A stretch of DNA of 64,000 bases from Vicinamibacterales bacterium (GTDB lineage: Bacteria; Acidobacteriota; Vicinamibacteria; Vicinamibacterales; UBA8438), in the NCBI GenBank assembly GCA_965214865.1, contig CBDCCN010000002.1, positions 210,026-274,025 of the forward strand, given 5' to 3'. The position numbers and the translations under genes were made by a program. The notes under the pieces are model-generated. The model was not told the origin of the DNA and ran no database searches. It was given only the letters and a program-made list of their open reading frames with translations. Below, piece after piece: positions 1 to 9,748 of the stretch. The first letter of the stretch is position 1. Every line of letters starts with the position of its first letter.

Positions 1-2441
1 TCGACGACGAGCCCGAGAGCGCGCCGGGTTTCATCCGTGTCGAGTTTCCGAGTCCGAATGGTTTCCTGGAGGGCGACCCGCCCCCCGGCATCGACTGTTC
101 GGACCGCGTGGTCGGGCATCTTCCGGAGGTCTGTTCACCCGGCCAGCCGATCGTCCTGTACGCCACCGACCGTCTCCCGGAGGATCTCGTGTACGACCTG
201 TCGACGGTCGCCGAGACTGCCCGGCCGGGTTTCGACTACGTGCCGATCCGGCAGCGTCGCCTCGAGCTCCACGAGGGCGGTCTGCAGTTCTTCGACCCCA
301 CCGAGCCGCTGCGGCTGCGGATCATTCCCGATCTGCTCTCGGAACCTGGTCCTCCGGAGCTCTTTCATCTCGTCCTCCGTGCTCTTGTTCCCGGCGAGGC
401 CGAGCCGTACTTCGTCGAGATCATCCCGATCCCGATCGAGGACGACGACGCGGCGGCCGGAGGGTTCGTTTTCGGTGTCGCCGGCAGCGAGCCGTGCAGT
501 GCGGGCGGTCGGGTCCTGCACGTCGACGAGCCGCCCCCGGACTCCGGTTCGCCGTTCGTGGCCGCCTTCGACCTGTCGGTGTGGATCGGCTCGTCGGCCG
601 CTTCGCCGGACGGCTGTTCGGTTCCCGACAAGCGGCTCGAGTTCGTTCCCCGCCTCGTTCGCGGCGGCTCCGCGGGCGCCGCGCCCGCCGATCCCGGCGC
701 CGATCTGGTTCTCGTTTCCCGCTCGTTGCGCTTCTTTCCCGGCGAGACGGCGGTCCTGGAGCTGCTGATCTTTCCGGACGAGCTCGCCGAAGGGGCCGAG
801 GTCGTCGACGTCGCGATCGGCGGGCGGCGGCTCGTCGTGCGCATCGCCGACTATCAGGTCGATCGTGTCCTCGAGGCCGGCCGGCAGGCGTCTTTCCTCC
901 GTTACGGTCGTCTGCTCGGGGCCGAGATGGCCGACTCCCTGGCCGCGCGGTTCGCGTGCGCGTCGGCCGCGGCGTGCAGCGGCGGTGATGCGGCCCCGGC
1001 GTTTTCGTATCCGGCGGGTCCTTCCCGCTCCGTCCTGATGGCCCGCTTCGCCGGGTTGCTGCGCTCGTTTGCGCCGTCCGCCGGTTCCGATGGTTCCGCG
1101 GTTCCGTTCGCTCCGCCGGCTGGGCCCGGGTTCGCGCCCGGGCTGTTGCGGTCGGTCGGCCGGGCCGCGGACGGCCTCTTTTATCAGGGCGATCCGCTCC
1201 AGTGGGCCAACGGCGCCTCCCGGCGTGGGCCGACCCCGTGGTCGTTGTGGTTCCGGTCGTCGTGGCGTGAGGTGTCGGACAGTGCTCCGACGGGTCGCTT
1301 GCTGCGCACCAGTCTGCTGACCGGCGTCGGCGGGCTCGACCGCGCTGTTGGAGCGTTGCGGGTCGGCGGCCTGTTCGGGCTCGCCCTCGGCCGCGACGGC
1401 CTCCGGTACGCGCATGTGCGGCGCGGTTTCCCCGGTGCGGCCGGGTGGGACGATCGTCCGACCCGCTGGTACGTGGCGGCGCCGTACGTCGGCTTCGTCC
1501 CGCACGCCCGTTCGCGCTTGTGGCTGTCCGTCGGCCGCGCGTGGGGCGGTGTCGCGGACCCCCCGGTTCTGGTCTCCGAGACCGCGCATCCTCTCGGCGT
1601 CGACAGTGAATGGTTGTTCTCGCCCCGGGTGTCGATGTCGCTCGTCGGCGGCGGCGGTTCGGTCACTGTCACCCGGTTCGGGGGTGTCGGTGTCGACCTG
1701 GAGGCCGATCTGTTCCGCGCCGCGGTCGCCCCGTCGACGGAAGTCGTGCGCCGCGCCCGCGTCACTGCTGACGGTCCGGCGGCAGTCGGTGCCGCTGCCG
1801 GGAGCGTCGTCGAGCAGTTCGAGATCCCCGTTTCGGACGCCGCGGCGGTTTCGCGCCGGCGCCTCGGCGTCCGCTTCGGTTCCCGCGTCGGCGGACCGTC
1901 GGTCGCGTCGCATCTGTCGGTCGCTCTCGCGCACCGTTGGGACGCCGGCGCCGACGTGGCGTGGGTCTGGTCCGGTGACGCCGGGACCGCTTCTCCGGCT
2001 GCGGTGTCGGCGTCCGACGTGTCGGTCGATTATCGGTTCCAGCCGGTCCATCGGCGATTCGCGTTCACGGTCCGGCTGCAGCTGCAGGTCGGCGGTGGCG
2101 TCGGTCCGGCCGCCGCGGGTCCGCCCCGCGGGTCGTCGCGGTCGGTGGCGCTCGACGGTGGTTTCCGGTGGGGGGCGTCGGAGACGCAGGCCGGGTGGGC
2201 GTTCGCGGTGCGGCCCGCCTATGGGGTTCCGAACGCCGGCCTGCCCGGCTGGTGGCGGCGCGACGTGCTGTCGCCGGCGGGTCTGCGTTGGCTGCAGCCC
2301 GTGCCGGCGCTCGACGCCGAGGCTGCGTACGCGTTCGCGAACGGTGCCCGTCTCGCACTTACGGCGGGGCGGCGGTTTGGAGCGGCGACGGTGCCCGCTG
2401 CGGGCGTAGGTGCCGGTGTGCGGTTCGACAGGCGTTGGTAG
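1..2441 (+). CDS. Large secreted/outer-membrane protein, 5'-partial (Calx-beta-like repeats, aromatic C-terminus)
   Basis: The frame is open from nt 3 with no stop, so the gene starts upstream of the window. It has recurring 'G.DY...L.F.PGE....L.I..D...E..E.F.L.L'-type segments resembling Calx-beta modules. The C-terminus ...GVRFDRRW ends in an aromatic residue, as OM beta-barrels do. Confidence 0.5.
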   Translation, partial: DDEPESAPGFIRVEFPSPNGFLEGDPPPGIDCSDRVVGHLPEVCSPGQPIVLYATDRLPEDLVYDLSTVAETARPGFDYVPIRQRRLELHEGGLQFFDPTEPLRLRIIPDLLSEPGPPELFHLVLRALVPGEAEPYFVEIIPIPIEDDDAAAGGFVFGVAGSEPCSAGGRVLHVDEPPPDSGSPFVAAFDLSVWIGSSAASPDGCSVPDKRLEFVPRLVRGGSAGAAPADPGADLVLVSRSLRFFPGETAVLELLIFPDELAEGAEVVDVAIGGRRLVVRIADYQVDRVLEAGRQASFLRYGRLLGAEMADSLAARFACASAAACSGGDAAPAFSYPAGPSRSVLMARFAGLLRSFAPSAGSDGSAVPFAPPAGPGFAPGLLRSVGRAADGLFYQGDPLQWANGASRRGPTPWSLWFRSSWREVSDSAPTGRLLRTSLLTGVGGLDRAVGALRVGGLFGLALGRDGLRYAHVRRGFPGAAGWDDRPTRWYVAAPYVGFVPHARSRLWLSVGRAWGGVADPPVLVSETAHPLGVDSEWLFSPRVSMSLVGGGGSVTVTRFGGVGVDLEADLFRAAVAPSTEVVRRARVTADGPAAVGAAAGSVVEQFEIPVSDAAAVSRRRLGVRFGSRVGGPSVASHLSVALAHRWDAGADVAWVWSGDAGTASPAAVSASDVSVDYRFQPVHRRFAFTVRLQLQVGGGVGPAAAGPPRGSSRSVALDGGFRWGASETQAGWAFAVRPAYGVPNAGLPGWWRRDVLSPAGLRWLQPVPALDAEAAYAFANGARLALTAGRRFGAATVPAAGVGAGVRFDRRW

Positions 2442-2452
2442 GGGGGCGTGTG

Positions 2453-3418
2453 ATGCGGTATGGCGCTGGTTGCGTGTGGTCGGCGGCGGCGGCGGTGCTC
2501 CTGGTCGTGCTCGTCGGTGTCGCTTTCCCGGCGGCCGCCCAGGATGCCGGCCGCGGCGCTCCGCCGTTACCGGTGCCGGTGGCGGCGGGTGGTGACGGGC
2601 CGGTGCAGGACGCCGGCCCGGGCGCGGATCCCGGGCCGTGGCCGCGCGTCGCGGTCGGCTTCGGTGCAGGCGGCGCGTTCGGCGGTGACCTGTGGCGCGC
2701 CGTGACCGACTGCGGGCTCGGCGGCGACGGCGCCCGCGGTTCCGTGTGCGGCGCGTCGAACCCGTTCTGGCGCGAGTGGGGCGAGTACCTCGCGGACGCC
2801 GATTGCGTCACCCGTGCCGGGGCCGGGGCCGCCTGTCTGGACGGCACGTACCCGAGGGCTTTCGGTCCCGCCGTCGAGGCGGCGACCGCGTTCCGGATCT
2901 GGCGTGGTCTCGGGGCCGGTGTCGCCGGTGCTTGGCGGGCGCGGCAGGGACGCATCGCCGTGGTGGCGTACTTTCCCGATTCGTTGGTCGCCGGTGCCTA
3001 TCAGGTGCTCGACAGCGAGACCGGACTCGAATGGGGTGACGTGTGGTCGTGGCACGTGGGGCCGCGGTGGACGTACCGGCTGTCCGCGCGGACCGACGTG
3101 ACGGTCTCGGCCGGCCCGTCGTGGTTCTCGGTGCGCTGGCCGTTGGTCGACGATGTCGCGGAGTTGCGCTACGAGCCGGGCGACTACCTGCGGCGGGAGC
3201 CGGTGTTCGGTCGGCCGGTGGTCGTCGAGCGCAGGGGGTCCGGCTTCGGCTGGCACGCCGCGGGGGATCTGAGCTGGTATCCGTGGGGCCGGATCGGCCT
3301 CGGCGTGACGGGCCGCTGGAGCCGCGCCGATGTCGTGTTGTGGAGGGAGCCGGACGGCGGTGTCCCCGCCCCGGTGGGCGGCTTGGATGTCACCTTCGGG
3401 TTGCGTCTGCGGTTCTAG
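2453..3418 (+). CDS. Outer-membrane beta-barrel-like protein with signal peptide
   Basis: ATG at 2453 follows a G-rich RBS-like stretch. The N-terminus MRYGAGCVWSAAAAVLLVVLVGVAFPAAAQD looks like a signal peptide. The C-terminus ...VTFGLRLRF is the terminal-Phe signature of OM barrels. Confidence 0.55.
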   Translation: MRYGAGCVWSAAAAVLLVVLVGVAFPAAAQDAGRGAPPLPVPVAAGGDGPVQDAGPGADPGPWPRVAVGFGAGGAFGGDLWRAVTDCGLGGDGARGSVCGASNPFWREWGEYLADADCVTRAGAGAACLDGTYPRAFGPAVEAATAFRIWRGLGAGVAGAWRARQGRIAVVAYFPDSLVAGAYQVLDSETGLEWGDVWSWHVGPRWTYRLSARTDVTVSAGPSWFSVRWPLVDDVAELRYEPGDYLRREPVFGRPVVVERRGSGFGWHAAGDLSWYPWGRIGLGVTGRWSRADVVLWREPDGGVPAPVGGLDVTFGLRLRF

Positions 3419-3452
3419 GTGGTGCGGTCGGGACGGCGGAAGGGCACGGGTG

Positions 3453-5486
3453 ATGGTGATGGCGTATCGGTTCGCCCTGTCGGCGGCGGCGTTCGTGTCG
3501 GTCGGTATGGTCGCGACTGCGGCGGCGCAGGACGGCGCGCCGGCCGGCGCAACCGGGTTCGTGGCGGCTGCCGAGCACGGCGGCCCGGCGGTCGCGTCGG
3601 CGTCGGCGTTGGTGGACGAGGCTGCCGCCCGTGGGGATCTCGTCCCGGCGGGTTCGTTCGCTGCTTCGGGCGGTGGTCGCCGCGAGTTCTATCGCTGGAC
3701 GGTGGCCGGCGTGCCGGTGCTCAGCGGGTCGGTGGCCCGGTTCGTTGACGCCGACGGGCTTCCCGTTTTCGTCAGCGGTGCCGTGGAGCGTGCCGCGTGG
3801 ATGGACGATCCCGGTCTGGCTGCCGCGGCGGCAGCCTTGGTGTCGGGCGGGTGGGCCGCGTGGGAGCGCGCGGTCGCGGGGTTCGAGCAGCGTACGGGGC
3901 TGCACGCTGCTCCCCGGTCTGCTGTCGAGGCCGCCGCGGCCGCGGTGGGCGGGCCGGCCGCGCCTCCCGCTGTGGTGCTGCCGCCGGCGCCGGTCGCCGG
4001 GGCTCGCGGCCTCGCCGCCTGGGAGGTGCCTGCCTCGGACCTGCGCCGCTACTACGTGGGTTCCGACGGGGACGTCATCTGGTTCGAGGATGCGGTCTCT
4101 CGCCAGCACGGCCCTCCGCGCGCGGAGGGCGGCGTCCCGGTCGTCGGTGCCGGTATCGGCTACGACGGCGAGCAGAAGCTGCTGTCGGTGTGGCGCGGCG
4201 GCGGCGAGTACCGCGCGCACGACCTGCGCCGCGTGCCCGGCATCTACACGTTCGACGGGGCGTTCAACGCCCGTCGGGTCACCCGGTTGGTCGGCTGCGA
4301 AGGCCGTGCCCCGGTCGGGCTGGAGCGGCGGTTGCTCGCCCATGGTCCCGGTAACTTCTGGCCGCCCACGGTTACCGACGCGCACGCGCATCTCGGTTGG
4401 TCGTACGACTATTTCCGGCGCCTGCACGACTGGTGGGGCCTGTACGCCCGCGCGGTTCCGGTGGTGGCTGTCATCAATCCCGTCGGGTCGGCGTGCGTGG
4501 GCGGGGTCGCCGACAACGCTTTCTGGGTTTCCCCGCCGTGGGGTCCGTTCGGTCAGGGTGTGGCCGTCTTCGGGCTCGCCGAATCCGGTCGTTCCGGTTT
4601 CCGGCCGCTCGTCGGTCTCGATGTTGTCGCCCACGAGCTCACGCACGGCGTCGTCAACTACGCGGTTCGGGCCCGTACCGGGTCGTCGGCCGGTCTTCGT
4701 CGGCATGTGGTCCGGCGCTCGGGTGCCCGCAGTTACCTGTTGCCCGGCGGCGTGCACGTCGGCTGCACCCCCGAGCCGACTCCGGTCCGCTATCGTGTCG
4801 CCCCGTCCGGCGAGGAACGGTACGGGCACGTCCTTTGCCGGGCGGGTCGCCTGCAGCAGGGTTTCGACGACGGCGGCGCCGTCAACGAGGCGCTCGCGGA
4901 CGTCTTTGCGGTCGCGGTGTCCCGCGATGCGGCGCGCCGCGGCCTTCCGGTGGCCGCCGACTGGGCGGTCGGGTCGATTCGTTCGCTGCGCCGTCCGGAT
5001 GAAGCGGAGCGGTTCCTCGGCGGTTACCCCGCGCATTGGGATCACCGTTACGAGCAGGTTCTCTTCTGGGACCCGGACTGGCCGTGGTTCGTCGGCTGCA
5101 CGAACGCGTACGTGCGGTATCGCGCGGACGGTGTCGTCCTCGCCGGCCCGGTGGATGGCATGCTGACTGGAGTGTCGTGCCTGTCCCATCCGAATTCGAC
5201 GGTCCTGTCGCATGCCTTCTATCTCTCGGTAGCCGGTCGGGGCGCGTACGGGACCGCACCGGGTGTGTACGTGGAGGGTGTCGGCGATGCTGAGCGTGAT
5301 CTCGTCGAGGCGGTCTGGTTCCGCGCGGTGCGGGATCTGTTTCCGGCCTCGGTGACGCTGCACCAGGCGGCCGCGATCATCCGGCAGGCGGCGCGTGAGC
5401 AGATGGGCCCGTTCGGCCACCACGCGGTTTATCGCGCGGTGTCGGACGCCTTCCGGGCGGTCGGTCTCGATTCGGGTCCCGGGTAG
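3453..5486 (+). CDS. Thermolysin-like (M4 family) zinc metallopeptidase, secreted
   Basis: Signal peptide (..MVATAAAQD). HExxH motif (VVAHELTHGV) and a downstream GAVNEALADVF (NExxSD-like) motif. The spacer between the two motifs is unusually long, about 80 aa. Confidence 0.8.
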   Translation: MVMAYRFALSAAAFVSVGMVATAAAQDGAPAGATGFVAAAEHGGPAVASASALVDEAAARGDLVPAGSFAASGGGRREFYRWTVAGVPVLSGSVARFVDADGLPVFVSGAVERAAWMDDPGLAAAAAALVSGGWAAWERAVAGFEQRTGLHAAPRSAVEAAAAAVGGPAAPPAVVLPPAPVAGARGLAAWEVPASDLRRYYVGSDGDVIWFEDAVSRQHGPPRAEGGVPVVGAGIGYDGEQKLLSVWRGGGEYRAHDLRRVPGIYTFDGAFNARRVTRLVGCEGRAPVGLERRLLAHGPGNFWPPTVTDAHAHLGWSYDYFRRLHDWWGLYARAVPVVAVINPVGSACVGGVADNAFWVSPPWGPFGQGVAVFGLAESGRSGFRPLVGLDVVAHELTHGVVNYAVRARTGSSAGLRRHVVRRSGARSYLLPGGVHVGCTPEPTPVRYRVAPSGEERYGHVLCRAGRLQQGFDDGGAVNEALADVFAVAVSRDAARRGLPVAADWAVGSIRSLRRPDEAERFLGGYPAHWDHRYEQVLFWDPDWPWFVGCTNAYVRYRADGVVLAGPVDGMLTGVSCLSHPNSTVLSHAFYLSVAGRGAYGTAPGVYVEGVGDAERDLVEAVWFRAVRDLFPASVTLHQAAAIIRQAAREQMGPFGHHAVYRAVSDAFRAVGLDSGPG

Positions 5487-5696
5487 GCCGGGTGCTCGTT
5501 CCACGGGGTCTTCAGAGAGGCCGGTGCGGCGCGTCCGCGCCGGCTGTCGTCTGTACGGTCTGTTGCTCGCCCGATGTCGGTGGGTGTCCGGCCGGGCTGT
5601 CGTCGCGGCAGTGTCGGTGTCGGGCGGGCGGCGCGGCCAAGCGTGTCCGTGGGGCTGGTCGGCTGCGTGCCGGTGTGCCGATCGTCGTGCCGCCGC

Positions 5697-6149
5697 TCAG
5701 GCGGTGGCCTCGCCTCCCGGCGTAGTCGGTGTCGGCGCGTCGATCGGGTCGGCGGTCGTCTTCGTCTTCGGCGCCGGCCGGTTCTTTTTCTGCGATGCCG
5801 TCCGCTGCTCCCGGCGTGTCCGCCGTCTGTCCCGTGTGGCCGGCTTGGCGGGCTTGGCTGCGGCGGTTTCGTCCGCCGTGGTCTGCCGTCCGTCCCCCTG
5901 TGCGGCGATCCGCTCGACCAGTTCGAGGATCTGTGTGAGCGTCGCGCTGGCGATCTGGGTCTCGGCGGTTGCGGTGACGAGTTTCAGCGTGTTCTTGCGC
6001 ACTTCTTCGAGTTTCTTGCTTCCCTCGCCGTCGCCCGTGCCGCCGTCCTGCGTGTTGTCGAAGATCTTGCGCACCGTTTGGCGCACTTCTTCCAGGTCCA
6101 TTTGGGTTTTCGCGTTCAGCGTCACTGGCGGTTCGTCGCGCCACAGCAT
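5697..6149 (-). CDS. Hypothetical protein with Lys/Arg/Pro-rich C-terminal tail
   Basis: High GC3 and a non-shadow-like composition (..MDLEEVRQTVRKIFDNTQDGG..LTQILELVERIAAQ..). A TM-like ORF piece (MDIDLPTGLLLAATVATLTATIGAL.., starting at 6285) lies upstream in another frame with no stop of its own. A frameshifted N-terminal extension is therefore possible. Confidence 0.5.
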   Translation of the reverse strand: MLWRDEPPVTLNAKTQMDLEEVRQTVRKIFDNTQDGGTGDGEGSKKLEEVRKNTLKLVTATAETQIASATLTQILELVERIAAQGDGRQTTADETAAAKPAKPATRDRRRTRREQRTASQKKNRPAPKTKTTADPIDAPTPTTPGGEATA

Positions 6150-6377
6150 CGATGGTCTCGTGGACGAGCTCCGCGGTTTCGGCGGCTGACCGTGCGGCGC
6201 CGGCCGCCCGCAGCGCTCCGATCGTCGCCGTCAGCGTCGCGACCGTCGCGGCGAGCAGCAGTCCTGTCGGCAGGTCGATGTCCATGTCGGGGTCGGTCCT
6301 CTCCGGCTGGGTGGTCGCTGTTCCCGGTCTCATCGACCGGTGTTGCGGTGTCGTCCGCTGCACGAGTGCGTGCTTTC

Positions 6378-6683
6378 TCAGCAGTATAGGTATGGATGGT
6401 TTCGCTTCCGTCGGCGCCGTTGCTGCTGCGTCGCTGCTTGGCCCAACGCGTTGGGCTCACTGGTCGTCCGGCGTTGCCGGCGTCCGCGTTGTGGTTTCTT
6501 GCAGCTCGTCGTACGCGGTTGCTGACCGTCTGCTTCGCCCAACGCGTTGCTGCTTGCTCGTTCCGGCGTCCGCAGTCCCTGTGGTGAGGTCGTCCGGTGT
6601 GGTCCGCGGGGCTTCTCCCAGCCGGACGACCGCGCCGGCGGTGCGGTCGTCGGCGCGGTGAGCGTGAACTCTTCGGTCGGCAT
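6378..6683 (-). CDS. Possible small highly basic protein (very uncertain)
   Basis: ATG at 6683 is preceded by AAAGGAAG. GC3 is only moderate, and a competing overlapping frame (6457..6741) looks equally plausible. Confidence 0.2.
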   Translation of the reverse strand: MPTEEFTLTAPTTAPPARSSGWEKPRGPHRTTSPQGLRTPERASSNALGEADGQQPRTTSCKKPQRGRRQRRTTSEPNALGQAATQQQRRRRKRNHPYLYC

Positions 6684-6801
6684 GACGTTCTTCCTTTCGC
6701 ATCGCTCGGAGTTCCGTTCTGCGTGCCACGGTAGCTTGCATTTGGCCGCCGGTGCGGGCCGTCTTGCGTTCCCCGCCCCGTCGGCTCGTGCGCTTGCCGG
6801 C

Positions 6802-8907
6802 TCAGTGGCTGTATGCGGGCGCCGCGACGGCGGCCATTCGTTCCGGCGTGCGGTGCTCGCTGCGGTTGGGCGGTTGCGTTTCTGGCGCTTTCGGCGCCGA
6901 CCCGTGGTCGAGCAGGTCGCGGGGGATGTCGGCCAGGAAAGGCGACGGCGAGGTTAGCTGCTTGCGGTCCCCGGACCCGTAGATCGACGGCACCGTAATG
7001 TGCAGCTCCGTGCGTGCCCGGGTCATGCCGACGTAGGCGAGCCGCCGTTCTTCTTCGGTGGCTTTCGCCGTGTCGGCTGCGTCCTTGAGGGTCCGCTTGT
7101 GCGGCAGCCGCTCCTTGTCGAAGCCTGCGAGGATCACGGTGTCGAACTCGAGACCTTTCGCGCTGTGGAGCGTCGACAGGGTCACGTTGGTCTCGCGTTC
7201 TTCACCTTCGCGGCGTGCGCGGATCATCTGCTGGGTGTGCTGCAGGAACTTCTCCAGTACGGTCTCGCCGCCTGGTCCGCCGTTCCGGTCCCCGTCGTCG
7301 TTGCGCATGTTCGCTTCGAAGTTCGCCGCGTCGTTGGCCAGCTCGGACAGGTTCTCGAGACGTTCCTTGGCGTGCGGGTCGTTCGACTCCCTCAGGTGGT
7401 TCCGCAGTCCGCTGTCGTCGACGGCGAAGTCGACCAGCTTCTCGAGCGGCAGCCGCGCGGCGGCCTCCTGGAGCCGTGTCGCGAACGCGAGCCGCTGTTC
7501 GAGCGTTTCCTGCTTGCGCGGACTGAGCGTCTGTTGCGCCACGGCGGTCTCGGTCCGGTTCCAGTACGTTGCCCTGCCGCTCGCGGCGCCCGTGGCCGGC
7601 AGCTGCCGGATCGTGTCCCGGTCGGCCTTGTCGAGCGGCGTTTTCGGCCTGATGGTCAGGAACCGTTCCGCCGCCCCGTCGTTCGCGCGCGGGTCGGCTG
7701 CCACGTACAGGCAGCTGAGTGCGTCCTGGATCTCGGCCCGTTCGTAGAAGCTCGTCCCGCCGCTGATCCGGTACGGGATGCCGGCGCTGCGGAAGCCCGC
7801 TTCCATGGCGCGCGACTGGGCGTTCGTGCGGTACAGCACCGAGACGGTGCCGTTGTCGCGATCGATCCGCTCGCGGGCCGCCGTGACCGCGTACTGGGCT
7901 TCGGTGGTCGCGTCGCGGGTCCGGTGGACGCGGGGCCGTTCGCCTTGCGCGGCCGCCGTCTCCAGGCTTCGTTCGACCCGGTCGGTGTTGTTGTTGATCA
8001 GCGCGTTGGCGGCGGCGAGTATCGATCCGGTCGATCGGTACGTCATCTTGAGGTCGACCCGCTGCGCGCCCGCGAAGTCGTGCTCGAAGTTCAGGATGTT
8101 GTTCAGCTCCGCGCCCCGCCAGCCGTAGATCGCTTGGTCGGGGTCGCCGACGGCGAACACGTTCCCGCTGTCGCGGGTCAGCTGGTGGACCAGCACGTAC
8201 TGGGGCAGGTTCGTGTCCTGGTATTCGTCCACGAGCACGTGAGCGAGGCTGCGGCTGTGCCGCTCACGGACGTCCGGGTGCTCGTGGAACAGTTCGACGG
8301 TCTTCAGCAGCATGTCGTCGAAGTCGACGGCGCCGTTCGCGGCCAGCTTCGCCTGGTAGCTGGTGGCGAGCATTGCCGTCCTCTTGCCCTCGACGCTGTA
8401 GCTGGATGGTTCGCTACTCGGCTGCATGTGGTTCTTCGCGTGGCTGATTTCCTTCAGCACCGCTCGCGGCGGGAGCGCCCGCGGGTTGACGTCGTTCTCG
8501 ATCATCGTCTCGGCCATTAGGCGCGTCTGGTCCCTGCCGGTGACGATCGAGAAGTCGCGCGGGACGCCGACCCGTTCGCCGTCGCGGCGCAGGATCCGTC
8601 CGCACAGGCTGTGGAACGTGCTGATCTGGACTGCTTCGGCGTCGATCGGGCCGAGGATCCCCCCTACCCTTTCCTCCATCTCCTTGGCGGCCTTGCGGGT
8701 GAATGTGACCGCGGCGACTGCGCCGGCCGGCACGCCGCGCGCCAGCACGAGGTAGGCGATCCTCGTGCAGATGACCTTCGTCTTTCCGGACCCCGGCCCG
8801 GCCAGCACCAGCACGGGCCCGTCGGGCGCCGTGACGGCCTCCCGCTGGCGGCCGTTCAGGTCCCCGAGCAGCGGCTCGATGTAGTCGGCGTGGGTCTGGT
8901 CGTCCAT
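6802..8907 (-). CDS. UvrD/Rep/PcrA-type superfamily 1 DNA helicase
   Basis: Walker A (LAGPGSGKTKV), VTFTRKAAKEM, VDEYQDTN, and the C-terminal motifs TLHSAKGLEFD and YVGMTRAR. ATG at 8907 has GGAG upstream; an alternative ATG lies at 8943. Confidence 0.9.
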   Translation of the reverse strand: MDDQTHADYIEPLLGDLNGRQREAVTAPDGPVLVLAGPGSGKTKVICTRIAYLVLARGVPAGAVAAVTFTRKAAKEMEERVGGILGPIDAEAVQISTFHSLCGRILRRDGERVGVPRDFSIVTGRDQTRLMAETMIENDVNPRALPPRAVLKEISHAKNHMQPSSEPSSYSVEGKRTAMLATSYQAKLAANGAVDFDDMLLKTVELFHEHPDVRERHSRSLAHVLVDEYQDTNLPQYVLVHQLTRDSGNVFAVGDPDQAIYGWRGAELNNILNFEHDFAGAQRVDLKMTYRSTGSILAAANALINNNTDRVERSLETAAAQGERPRVHRTRDATTEAQYAVTAARERIDRDNGTVSVLYRTNAQSRAMEAGFRSAGIPYRISGGTSFYERAEIQDALSCLYVAADPRANDGAAERFLTIRPKTPLDKADRDTIRQLPATGAASGRATYWNRTETAVAQQTLSPRKQETLEQRLAFATRLQEAAARLPLEKLVDFAVDDSGLRNHLRESNDPHAKERLENLSELANDAANFEANMRNDDGDRNGGPGGETVLEKFLQHTQQMIRARREGEERETNVTLSTLHSAKGLEFDTVILAGFDKERLPHKRTLKDAADTAKATEEERRLAYVGMTRARTELHITVPSIYGSGDRKQLTSPSPFLADIPRDLLDHGSAPKAPETQPPNRSEHRTPERMAAVAAPAYSH

Positions 8908-8971
8908 CGCTTGATCCGCTCCGCGGTTTCCCGAACGGTTCACCGGCCCGGTCCTTTCGCGGTCCGCCGGT

Positions 8972-9613
8972 CTACCGGCTGTGCTGCGGTGCGCCCCGTT
9001 CGCGCTCCAGCGCGGCCGCGTGCCCGAGCGCGGGCGTCGGCGCCACCGGCGGCGGCGGGAAGTCGGCCCCGCCGCCGCGTGCGATGGTCGGCATGCTGTT
9101 CGGCCGGTCCATCACGTCGGTCCGCGCGAAGTCCTGCGGTCCGTAGCTGGACTTCTGGAACACCGTGGTCACGGATGCGCGTCCCGGCGACTCCGGGTGT
9201 CTGGGGTCCCGTTTGGCGGCCTCGCGGGGCGGCAGCGCCGCCGTGCGCGTCTCCGGGCCGGTTGCGTCGGCCGGCCGTGTCCCGCCGGCGTGCCGGCTGA
9301 TCGCGGCGAGCTGCATTTCGCGCCGGTGCGCTTCGAGCGCGCTCCGCAGGTTGTCGCCGGTCAGTCCGTCGCCGGCCCGCGTCTGGCCGGGGGCGTCGCG
9401 GGTGTGCATCTCGTTGCTGGACGCGATGCGGTCGAAGTGCGCGTCGATCCCGTGGCCGGCGTCGGCCGCGGCGGTCCCCCGGGCCGCGCGCGCGCGGATG
9501 TTCGCGACCGTTGTCCCGACGGCTTCGCGGACGTGCGGGCGGCGCGCGTCGGTCAGCGACTGCTCGGTCGGTTCCAGCGTCTCCCGTCGGTCGTCGTGTC
9601 GATCGGCTGCCAT
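8972..9613 (-). CDS. Hypothetical protein (low-complexity, charged)
   Basis: ATG at 9613 sits 4 nt after GGAGGG. It lies upstream of the helicase on the same strand. Confidence 0.5.
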   Translation of the reverse strand: MAADRHDDRRETLEPTEQSLTDARRPHVREAVGTTVANIRARAARGTAAADAGHGIDAHFDRIASSNEMHTRDAPGQTRAGDGLTGDNLRSALEAHRREMQLAAISRHAGGTRPADATGPETRTAALPPREAAKRDPRHPESPGRASVTTVFQKSSYGPQDFARTDVMDRPNSMPTIARGGGADFPPPPVAPTPALGHAAALERERGAPQHSR

Positions 9614-9706
9614 CGTCCCTCCGCTGGCCGTGTCGGCCGGGTTCGGGTTCGTCCTTTGGTGTCCGTGCCTGCTTCCGGTACTCTTGCGAGCGTACCGGAC
9701 TCGCTG

Positions 9707-9727
9707 GCGGAACCGGGGCGGTTCCGC
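9707..9727. promoter_or_regulatory. Perfect 9-bp inverted repeat (GCGGAACCG-ggg-CGGTTCCGC) in a divergent intergenic region; candidate operator
   Basis: Read directly between the divergent starts at 9613 (-) and 9749 (+). A second inverted repeat, CCGGTAC-n10-GTACCGG, lies at 9675..9698. Confidence 0.3.
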
Positions 9728-9748
9728 GGTCACGGAGCACGAGCGGCC

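Noticed and set aside
135-2051. 638-aa ORF on the minus strand (and 3390..5504 minus, 10189..11421 minus, 12730..14115 minus)
   Set aside because: These are Arg/Pro/Gly-dominated translations antisense to better-supported plus-strand genes. They are typical high-GC shadow ORFs.
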